From positions 1 to 52,293 of IMG/VR virus record IMGVR_UViG_3300028595_000017: a DNA stretch of 52,293 bases; one strand, written 5' to 3'. Positions 45,000 through 52,293 of the stretch are shown in pieces. The DNA comes from a virus (taxonomy: Duplodnaviria > Caudoviricetes). The translations under genes and the position numbers were made by a program. The number at the start of each line of letters is the position of its first letter. Positions within the stretch are counted from its first letter, which is position 1. The notes under the pieces were generated by a model, which saw only the letters and a list, made by a program, of their open reading frames with translations, was not told the origin of the DNA and ran no database searches.

Positions 45000-45880
45000 T
45001 TAATAAAAAATTTTAATCAATAAAAACAATACTTTAATCATAATACAAAACCATATCATAAAAAGCATTTAAAATCAATCAAAATAATTAAAAAAATCAA
45101 AAAAATGAAAATATCAAAAATATCAATTTTTTTTCGAGCCATCCCTTTAATGTTAAAACTTTACACTTCTATTTACATGTTACTGATTAACGTTAGTTTT
45201 ATTATTGTGTGTGGTTCTGTTATTATATAAAAAAAAAAAAAAAAAATAAGACAAAAAAAAAATAGACGTAAAAAGATGTCCAAATACATTTAAATATGTC
45301 CAAATAGGAATTTTAATAACTTTACACTTCTGCTTTACACTTTTGGAGGAGGGTTCTTAAAAGAATGATGTTTTGATTTTTTTTGATTTTTTGATTATTT
45401 AAGTTCTTTTTATTCCATTTAATTACTATCTCACAATACCATAATTTGCAAGTCCTCAAGAGCTTTCCTTCAAAATTTCAAAAAATCGCTTCTAAAAAGT
45501 AGTAAAAAGAAAAAATTCCCATTATAAGTAATATCACTAGTTATTTTACTACACTTCCTTAAAGTGGTATAAATCAGTAGTTACAGCAGGTAGTAATTTT
45601 TAAAAGTATAAATAACATATGTTTCGTAAGGTGCTTTCTCTCAGTGCTTATATTTATTACTTTCAAATGGTAGTATTTAAAGAAAGTTAGTAATAGAGCT
45701 ATTTTTGAAAAAGTATCATTTTGATGTAATTTTGATACTTTTTTGGGATATTTTAGAAGAGGCCTGGTAAAGTGTAAAGAGTGTAAAAAGTGTAAACCCT
45801 ATGTAAAAACTATTTTTGAAATTATTTTTTTAAAAGCATTAAAAAAAATATTAAAAAAAAAGCATAAAAAAATATTTTTT
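45000..45880. repeat. AT-rich non-coding block with iteron-like TTTACACT repeats and poly(A) tracts (putative origin or genome-end region)
   Basis: AACTTTACACTTCT at 45157 and 45318; AGTGTAAA x3 at 45771-45796; A18 at 45229-45246; ATGTCCAAATA x2. Confidence 0.6.
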
Positions 45881-45883
45881 TTC

Positions 45884-45912
45884 TTGACATATCATAAAAA
45901 GCAAGATATATT
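45884..45912 (+). promoter_or_regulatory. Strong sigma70-like early promoter
   Basis: TTGACA-17 nt-TATATT with an A-rich UP-like region. Confidence 0.75.
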
Positions 45913-45935
45913 GCTATTACAATTAGTCAGGTTCG

Positions 45936-46022
45936 GCGCTTACCGGAAAAAGCGCGCGCGGCAAGATTTTTATCTTGCATTTTGGCCTGTATTTTTCAGG
46001 TCACGATTGAGGTTGTATCAAT
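45936..46022 (+). ncRNA. Structured leader / candidate small RNA (four hairpins)
   Basis: Four consecutive stems in a GC-enriched stretch between the promoter and the SD. Confidence 0.35.
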
Positions 46023-46072
46023 TATATTATTTATTATTTATTAATCTAGCTTTAAGCTAAAAGGAGATTATC

Positions 46073-46870
46073 ATGAAAGAAAAAACTTATGAAATTATCA
46101 ATGGTGCTGTCGAAATCGACGGTATTTCCCACAAAATTGACGCCAAAAAATACTCTATCGAACAATCATTCATCTTTGATATGGATAAAAAGACCGTTTT
46201 AGCCGGTAAGATCCGAACCACGAATCATTATAAAAATGATAATAAAGATATCATTCGTTTTATTGAGTCTATTTTTGATTTTGCCGGTATGCCTTTAGAC
46301 GAATTTTTAAAGAATTTTTGGCATGGTTTTAAAGTCCGGCAAGGGAAAAATGTGCGTGAATCTCACAATTGTAATACGAATTATATAGCTGAAATATTTA
46401 ATTATGACAAGTGGTTAGGGACAAAACAAGCTGTCTCGGAAAAATTAACTGAGATAGAAGAGAAATTTAAGATCTTTTATTGTGAAAAAGCAGGTATCAC
46501 GCCGGAAGATCTAGACCAAGATGATATTTTTATCATTAAAAGTAACGATCCAATGCAGATCCTGGAAGCGGCCTTATCACGTGCTGCACGCTTTGCTAAT
46601 CTTGAATCACCTAATCTCACTGTTGATACAGCCCTTGATGATTCTATCAATGAAAATGAAGATATTAAAGATTCAGGAGATATTGATGATAATGACACTG
46701 ATGATATTGATATTGATGAAAATGACAAAGGTTTATATGGTGAAGATGAGTTACGAGACAAAACAGCTAAAACATTGAAAGAAATTGCAAAAAATCTGAA
46801 TATCCGATTTGCAGGGAAACCGAATAAAGATCAATTAATTGCAACGTTGACAGATAAACCGAGGATATAA
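46073..46870 (+). CDS. Early protein with acidic linker and C-terminal Rho-N/HeH-like domain
   Basis: AAAGGAG SD; KTAKTLKEIAKNLNIRFAGKPNKDQLIATL. Confidence 0.75.
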   Translation: MKEKTYEIINGAVEIDGISHKIDAKKYSIEQSFIFDMDKKTVLAGKIRTTNHYKNDNKDIIRFIESIFDFAGMPLDEFLKNFWHGFKVRQGKNVRESHNCNTNYIAEIFNYDKWLGTKQAVSEKLTEIEEKFKIFYCEKAGITPEDLDQDDIFIIKSNDPMQILEAALSRAARFANLESPNLTVDTALDDSINENEDIKDSGDIDDNDTDDIDIDENDKGLYGEDELRDKTAKTLKEIAKNLNIRFAGKPNKDQLIATLTDKPRI

Positions 46871-46937
46871 TAACAGAATCAATCATAAAAACGCCGGTCG
46901 TCACAGGCCGGCATAATATAAAGAAAGGATTAAAATC

Positions 46938-47204
46938 ATGAAAACATTGAAAGAATTAATAAATCCAAAAGATTTATTGGCAAAGTTGCACAATAACATA
47001 AACCCACTACCTGAATTAAATGTGCTTTATCCAGATGCTAATTTTTTGATAGCTACCGATGCTTGCAAATTAAATAATAGCAACCCAATAATCATAATTC
47101 GGTTGATAATGAATGATGATTATTGTGACTATTGCGTCGATGAAAAAGCGGCCTTTGATTGCTATAGATGCATTGAAGATATCCAATTAGAATTTATCGA
47201 ATAA
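46938..47204 (+). CDS. Hypothetical early protein
   Basis: AAAGGA SD; followed by a terminator. Confidence 0.6.
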   Translation: MKTLKELINPKDLLAKLHNNINPLPELNVLYPDANFLIATDACKLNNSNPIIIIRLIMNDDYCDYCVDEKAAFDCYRCIEDIQLEFIE

Positions 47205-47222
47205 TCAATATATAAAATTAAT

Positions 47223-47261
47223 AAAAGGTCAATCGATATAAAAGTCGGTTGGCCTTTTTTT
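47223..47261 (+). terminator. Intrinsic terminator
   Basis: AAAAGGTCAATCGA-loop-TCGGTTGGCC followed by T7. Confidence 0.75.
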
Positions 47262-47267
47262 ATGCCA

Positions 47268-47400
47268 TTTTTTTACTTCCTTTATTACTTCTTTAAATAC
47301 TTTTCTCCTTTACTTCTTTACTTTATTTCTATGAATTACTTCCTTAAATACTTCTTTACTTCTTTACTTTTTTTGAATTACTTCTTTACTTCTTTTATTA
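47268..47400. repeat. Degenerate TACTT(C) tandem array
   Basis: About ten TACTTC/TACTTT units in a pyrimidine-skewed tract upstream of the terS candidate. Confidence 0.7.
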
Positions 47401-47770
47401 GGGCAATAATCATGCCAAATAATTGTATCATTTTGTTTTCCTTCTTGCTTTACTATCGAATACAAAATGTTACCATCGTAAACAAAATGCAACAATAAAA
47501 ATAATGAAACATTTTGTATTATAGTAATACATAATAGTAATTATAAAAATACCAACAATACTTCTTTTCTTTTACTTCTATTCGTGCAAATCGTTGATGC
47601 ATATAGGTTTGCTTGCGTTAATTACTTCCGTTATTTACAAAAGTACTTTTATACTACTGCGACATTTTGGTAATACTACTTGGGGGGTAGTAGAATTTTT
47701 TTACTACTCACTTCCAACTCATTTCTAGTAAGTAAGATTTTTTTATATTTAAAAGAAGTAAAAATATGGC

Positions 47771-47799
47771 TTGCTTTATTTTCATTTAAATGTTATAGG
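47771..47799 (+). promoter_or_regulatory. Probable promoter of the terS/late operon
   Basis: TTGCTT-17 nt-TATAGG with TGn extended -10. Confidence 0.45.
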
Positions 47800-47845
47800 T
47801 GAGGGAAGATTTGAATTAAAATTTTTATGGGAGATGGATTTTTTT

Positions 47846-48304
47846 ATGGATATGACGCAAATTCATAAGGTGAGGCAGCTAAAACTTTATCGTATGCCTG
47901 TTGATGATATTGCTACTATTCTTGGGTGCAAACCAAATGATGTGCGTCAAGTAGAAGTACCGACGACTTTTCTTGTTGGTACACCGGCGAATAAACGTTC
48001 TGGTGCTTTACATAATCAGAATATACGTAAACGCATGAGTACTATGCTTGATCGCGCTTTAGACGGTTTAGATAATTGTTTAGATTCTGATGATGAGCGC
48101 GTTAAATTACAAGCTAGTAAAACTATGTTAGATCTAGCATGGAAAGCCAGTGATGTTGATGACAAAACACGTCGTCAATTTGAAAGTTTAGATCCTAATG
48201 TGATTGACATTGAGCCTAAAGATAAGGGCATTTCAGATATAGTTAATGATGATATTCAAGCGCTTACTGCCGCATGGGACAAAGCTGAAAAAGTTCCCTT
48301 ATAA
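47846..48304 (+). CDS. Terminase small subunit (putative)
   Basis: N-terminal HTH (PVDDIATILGCKPNDV); DERVKLQASKTMLD motif typical of TerS oligomerisation helices; exact start uncertain. Confidence 0.6.
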   Translation: MDMTQIHKVRQLKLYRMPVDDIATILGCKPNDVRQVEVPTTFLVGTPANKRSGALHNQNIRKRMSTMLDRALDGLDNCLDSDDERVKLQASKTMLDLAWKASDVDDKTRRQFESLDPNVIDIEPKDKGISDIVNDDIQALTAAWDKAEKVPL

Positions 48305-48305
48305 T

Positions 48306-48326
48306 TAGCGTTATCAAATAACGCTA
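48306..48326. promoter_or_regulatory. Genome-wide 21-bp double-palindrome site
   Basis: TAGCGTTA-TCAAA-TAACGCTA, perfect IR upstream of the SD of 48347. Confidence 0.75.
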
Positions 48327-48346
48327 GAAAGGAGATAAATATAAAA

Positions 48347-48655
48347 ATGGAAAATTTTTTATTAATAGAAACTTTAAATTCGCCAGAAATTACCACAGAG
48401 AAAATACATATTATGGATGTTTTTAATGTTTCTATTAACTTTGACGATGAAGCCGGTACTACAGGCAGTTTGATTGCGCGTAGAAATATTGCCTCTTCTA
48501 CAGCAGATGAAACTTCTCTAGAAATGCATAAAATTGAAACTATCACTGAAGATACTCAAGGTGTTATGGGAGAAGATTCTCTAGGTGCTTGGTATGACTT
48601 TAAAACTTCTGAAGATTTCAGTGGCGCCGTCCAAATAGCTTTAAATAAAAAATAA
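48347..48655 (+). CDS. Small beta-rich virion accessory protein (putative)
   Basis: AAGGAG SD; precedes the lectin spike. Confidence 0.6.
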   Translation: MENFLLIETLNSPEITTEKIHIMDVFNVSINFDDEAGTTGSLIARRNIASSTADETSLEMHKIETITEDTQGVMGEDSLGAWYDFKTSEDFSGAVQIALNKK

Positions 48656-48678
48656 AAAATAAAAAATAAAGGTGTTAA

Positions 48679-51453
48679 ATGAGATTAGCAAATATTAGAA
48701 AATGCGAAATTAATTATTCTACTGATAGAACGAGAACTACATCACATAGGACTGTTGCATTATTAGGTTTTAATCCCGCAATCACAGATCAAGACAATAA
48801 TCTTATACCTTTAGATACAGCTACTTCTGTTTCTGAAATGCATATTCCGCCTAATGTTAGCTTAGAATTCGAGTTAACTGTTTTATCTGGTTCTCTAGAA
48901 TTTGTTTTTATAGATGACAAAGGTAAAATTTTACGTGTTCCTGTGCCAAATTTTGCAGAAATTTCTTTTATAAATAACCTTTTCAATATTTGGGGCACAA
49001 CTTTTAATAAAATGTGGGCTGTGTTAGATCACGTTCAAGTTAAAGCAATAAACGGAAATGCTATAATACAAATATCTAATATCTGGGAAGATGTAGATGC
49101 TGGTGAAATATTTACATATAAATTAGCAAATTCTAATTGCGTTAAATTTACTGAGCCTGTGGGTTTGGGTTTAACATTAGCTGATTTCGGTATTCGTATT
49201 GATCACGACTGGTCTATATGTTTTTATTTGAAAGATTGCAGGACGTATAATGATAAAAATATACTCTTAAATGCGGGGGCTTTTTTCATATATAGTTTAC
49301 CTCATTCAAACGGTGGACAATTAGTTGTCGGCACAAGTGAGAATTCTACCGGTACATGGTTCTGCGAAACTCCGCGATTTGTAGAAGGTTTATTTGTGCT
49401 TGTCTATTCTGCGCAAGAAAAAAGGTTGCGTATATATTACAACAATCAATTAAGTCTTGATGAGACTAAAGAGAATTTAAGTTCCTGGGATGCTTCTCAA
49501 GAAGTGTTTTTGGCAAAGACAAGATTTCAAGTTTTTTGGGATACACCTTCCGATTTTAACATGGCTGGATTTGGAATATTTCAAAGAGTTTTGTCTGAAG
49601 CAGAAATTCAAGAATATTATCGTCATGTTATACCGGATAATTCTAAAGTGTTCTATCCAATGGCGGAAGGGTATGAAAATTTATTATACGATGTTAGTAC
49701 TTTTCCGGTCTTTTTGTCTAATTCTAATTGTGCTACTTTTGATGGGCTTAGTACATATATTAATACTCAAAAAACTATAGCACAGCTAAAAACAGATTAT
49801 AATAATGCTTTTAGTATTACATTTAATTTTAGGTTATCTAATTTAAGTCCTGGTAGATATTTTTATGGTTATCAACACTCCTCTCCGACGTTTAAAGGGC
49901 AATTTTTTGAAGTAAATTTAAATGGAATCCTAACCTTTAAGTTTACAGAAGATTATTCTGTTAGTCCAAAAATACAAACTGCGTATTCATCAGCAAATGG
50001 AGTTATATCGACAAATACTTTTTATAATTTAGTGCTTACTTATGATGGGCAAATGGGAACTGACTCGCTAAAAATATATCTAAATAACAGTGAAGTCACC
50101 ATGACTAGAAGTACTGTGGGAGTTTATGTATCGGCCAGCGTTTCTACAAACGATAGATTTCCTTCAATAGGGGATTTAAATAATAATAATTCTTCTTTTT
50201 ATCCTTGTAACGATATTTTATATAATTTTACTATTTATTCAAAAGTACTAAGTACTGCTGAAATAGCTGAATTAGCAAATGGAGGATTTATTAGCGATAG
50301 CGTTACCCTTGCTTATCCTCTCGCAGAAGGTGCAGGAGTAATTGCTTATGACGTCTCAGGAAACGACAATCATGGAACAATTTCAAACGCTAATCTATCT
50401 ACTTTTTGGGGAGCAAGACAAGATAAGTTCCATTATAACCTTTTGAAAGGACACTCAAAACTGATGTATTTTGATGGTAGTGATGATTATATTGATTTAG
50501 GTTCTGGTAGTGGAGTTGGTGCTAATTTTATTATATCAGCAGAGTTTTTTAATAATACTGATATGTCAGCAGAACAAGCCATTTTAAATTTTAGACCTGT
50601 CTCTGGCGATGCTAATGAAATAAGGCTTTTTGTAAAAAATTCTAAATTAGTGGCAGTTGTAATAGATCAAGCTGGTAATGGGGCTGGATATAAAACATAC
50701 TATGGAGCAACTACAATTCAAGCTAATACTTTTTATAAGGTAGTATTAGTTTTTGATGGAACTAATTTGGATTTATATTTACAAGAAGGAAAAGATGGGA
50801 CTTTAACAAAAGATACGCCGTATACAAAAATAGTTGACGACTCTATTACTATGTCAGACACAACTAGAAATAGGAGAATAGGATGTGCTACTTATGACTC
50901 TAAACTTTGGAAGGGGGCAATCACAAAGTTACAAATTGCTTCTTATTCAACTGCTAATTTAAATGAAATAATATCTGGTGATTTTAGTAGTCCTGACTTT
51001 TATTATACAGGCTATGGGAACACTGATGCCGACTGGGTTGACCAATCTGGCAACGGAAATGATGGCACAGTCAATGGTTTACCGATTAATATCAGAATAC
51101 CAGCCCTTTCAGACGCCTCAGCAGATGCAGCAGGTGGAACATTAAAAAATCCTGCTTGGGATGGTATAAACAATAATGATTCTGAAACCATACTTAGCAA
51201 TGACTTTTCATCTTTCCATTCAGAACAAGTAATGCTTTCTTCTAATACTATAGAAAATAGTTCTATAGAATGGACAAAACAAGATGAACTACATTACAAT
51301 CTTATGAATGGATTTCGAAAAGAAGACAATGTCAAAGTCCCTGCAATCCCAGGGCAAAACAAATCAGCAAATGGAAAACCATTAACAAATCTTGCTTGGG
51401 ATGGTTATAATTTAAATGGAGCTGAAACTGTTTGGACAGAAACAGCTCTATAG
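48679..51453 (+). CDS. Multi-LamG/concanavalin-A-like lectin protein (tail spike or receptor-binding, putative)
   Basis: Three LamG-like units (LRIYYNNQ..FQRVLSEAEI; FDG..LKIYLNN..YSKVLSTAEI; FDGSDDYI..VFDGTNLDLY). Confidence 0.8.
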   Translation: MRLANIRKCEINYSTDRTRTTSHRTVALLGFNPAITDQDNNLIPLDTATSVSEMHIPPNVSLEFELTVLSGSLEFVFIDDKGKILRVPVPNFAEISFINNLFNIWGTTFNKMWAVLDHVQVKAINGNAIIQISNIWEDVDAGEIFTYKLANSNCVKFTEPVGLGLTLADFGIRIDHDWSICFYLKDCRTYNDKNILLNAGAFFIYSLPHSNGGQLVVGTSENSTGTWFCETPRFVEGLFVLVYSAQEKRLRIYYNNQLSLDETKENLSSWDASQEVFLAKTRFQVFWDTPSDFNMAGFGIFQRVLSEAEIQEYYRHVIPDNSKVFYPMAEGYENLLYDVSTFPVFLSNSNCATFDGLSTYINTQKTIAQLKTDYNNAFSITFNFRLSNLSPGRYFYGYQHSSPTFKGQFFEVNLNGILTFKFTEDYSVSPKIQTAYSSANGVISTNTFYNLVLTYDGQMGTDSLKIYLNNSEVTMTRSTVGVYVSASVSTNDRFPSIGDLNNNNSSFYPCNDILYNFTIYSKVLSTAEIAELANGGFISDSVTLAYPLAEGAGVIAYDVSGNDNHGTISNANLSTFWGARQDKFHYNLLKGHSKLMYFDGSDDYIDLGSGSGVGANFIISAEFFNNTDMSAEQAILNFRPVSGDANEIRLFVKNSKLVAVVIDQAGNGAGYKTYYGATTIQANTFYKVVLVFDGTNLDLYLQEGKDGTLTKDTPYTKIVDDSITMSDTTRNRRIGCATYDSKLWKGAITKLQIASYSTANLNEIISGDFSSPDFYYTGYGNTDADWVDQSGNGNDGTVNGLPINIRIPALSDASADAAGGTLKNPAWDGINNNDSETILSNDFSSFHSEQVMLSSNTIENSSIEWTKQDELHYNLMNGFRKEDNVKVPAIPGQNKSANGKPLTNLAWDGYNLNGAETVWTETAL

Positions 51454-51462
51454 GAGAATATT

Positions 51463-52140
51463 ATGAAAAATTACGTTGTGAATGTTTCATCGCATTTAAA
51501 TGTTCGTTCAAATCCACAAACAAGCGCCGCTTTAAAAGATACACTTAATAAAGGCGATATCGTTCAACATAAAGGACAAAGACAAGATTCGTTTGTATAC
51601 ATATTTTACGGTAAAGAAAAGACTGGCTGGGTTGCTGAAAGGTATTTGATCAATGAGAAAGAGAAAATCTTTAAAGAACCGCCCAAGCCATCTCTTTTGG
51701 AGAAACCTCCGTGGCTTATTTCCATTGAAAAAGTGGCAGGCTCAGTCGAAGAGATACCCGGTGCAGGTACCCACCCATGGATTGCCTCTGCCTTTGACCT
51801 TACTACTTCTCGTGGTGAAAATTTTGATGACTCTTTACATGGTTGGTGCGCGGCGGCTGCTAATAAAGTGCTTATCGACAACGGTTTTCCTGGTACTGGT
51901 AGTTTGCGGGCAGATTCTTTTATACATTATGGTGTCGAAGCTCCATTGGCTTTTGGCGCAATAGCTGTTTTTGCGTTTCCGAAAAATCGACATGTCACAT
52001 TTATATCTAATCCTGTTCCTTTTATGGGAAAACTTGGACTATATTCAAGTGGAGTTGGAGGTAATCAACGTAATAAGATAAAGAGTAGTAATTATTTATT
52101 GCAAAATTTAATAGCATTACGTTGGCCCCCAACTGTTTAA
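51463..52140 (+). CDS. Endolysin: SH3b domain + TIGR02594-like NlpC/P60/CHAP peptidase
   Basis: LNVRSNP...GWVAERYL (SH3b); PPW, EIPG, WCAA, HVTF, GGNQ. Confidence 0.85.
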   Translation: MKNYVVNVSSHLNVRSNPQTSAALKDTLNKGDIVQHKGQRQDSFVYIFYGKEKTGWVAERYLINEKEKIFKEPPKPSLLEKPPWLISIEKVAGSVEEIPGAGTHPWIASAFDLTTSRGENFDDSLHGWCAAAANKVLIDNGFPGTGSLRADSFIHYGVEAPLAFGAIAVFAFPKNRHVTFISNPVPFMGKLGLYSSGVGGNQRNKIKSSNYLLQNLIALRWPPTV

Positions 52141-52161
52141 TAATGTTATTCAATAACGTTA
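52141..52161. promoter_or_regulatory. Genome-wide 21-bp double-palindrome site
   Basis: TAATGTTA-TTCAA-TAACGTTA directly after the endolysin stop. Confidence 0.8.
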
Positions 52162-52293
52162 GAGGATATATAAGATGCGTACTGAAACTATTACACAAAT
52201 ATTAGTCGTATGGTTACTTTGTGGATTTATTTTTTTATCTTATATAATCTATGATTTTAAACAAAGTATAAATCAAACTATCATAGAAAAGTT
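52153..52293. repeat. Terminal overlap, right copy (141 bp)
   Basis: Direct repeat of the window start; contains the 5' part of the 21..233 ORF. Confidence 0.95.

Noticed and set aside
32234-45297. 16-bp match AAATACATTTAAATAT shared in opposite orientation by two intergenic regions
   Set aside because: A few matches of this length are expected by chance at this AT content.
45743-46060. 105-aa + strand ORF with CKECKKCK
   Set aside because: It is the translation of the AGTGTAAA repeats and A-tracts, runs through the promoter, has a TTG start and no SD.
47262-47498. 78-aa Phe/Tyr-rich ORF resembling a membrane protein
   Set aside because: Product of the TACTTC array immediately after a terminator; no SD.
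48679-51453. Internal repeats in the spike as possible DGR TR/VR
   Set aside because: No reverse transcriptase, and repeat differences are not adenine-specific.
159-51964. Numerous antisense or alternate-frame ORFs in the track (e.g. 3285..3533, 13466..13795, 41913..42383, 51653..51964)
   Set aside because: They lie within well-supported genes, lack SD sequences and show no recognisable motifs.
1-52293. Stop-codon reassignment or obvious restriction-site avoidance
   Set aside because: Core genes are intact and densely packed under code 11; GATC, GGCC, CCGG and GCGC are all readily found by eye (not counted).

Overview
The window is an essentially complete, circularly assembled, AT-rich dsDNA tailed-phage genome of about 52.15 kb. 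Bases 1-139 recur at 52153-52293 with one extra TA. The gene set points to a podovirus-like, apparently lytic phage: no integrase, tape measure, tRNA or CRISPR array was recognised. The + strand carries a probable TerS, a LamG lectin spike, an SH3/TIGR02594-type endolysin, five small membrane genes, TerL, portal, scaffold, capsid, tail adaptor/nozzle and three ejection-type proteins. The - strand carries about 35 small early genes and a replication module: ligase, DEDDh exonuclease, Cas4-like nuclease, Sak4-like ATPase, SSB, a ParB-methyltransferase fusion, a UDG-PolA fusion with His at the 762 position, and a DUF3987-like helicase; no primase was found. The most striking unexplained signal is a 21-bp double palindrome, TAAYGTTA-N5-TAACRTTA, recurring about every 5-7 kb around the circle, once inside a coding region. 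I propose (inference) that these are parS-like loading sites for the ParB-HTH-methyltransferase. Other oddities include two paralogous membrane proteins ending in MshEN-like motifs, a nested domain insertion in the lectin spike, an attenuator-like RNA element and repeat-rich non-coding blocks flanking a two-gene early island. All protein assignments come from motif recognition by eye, not database searches.
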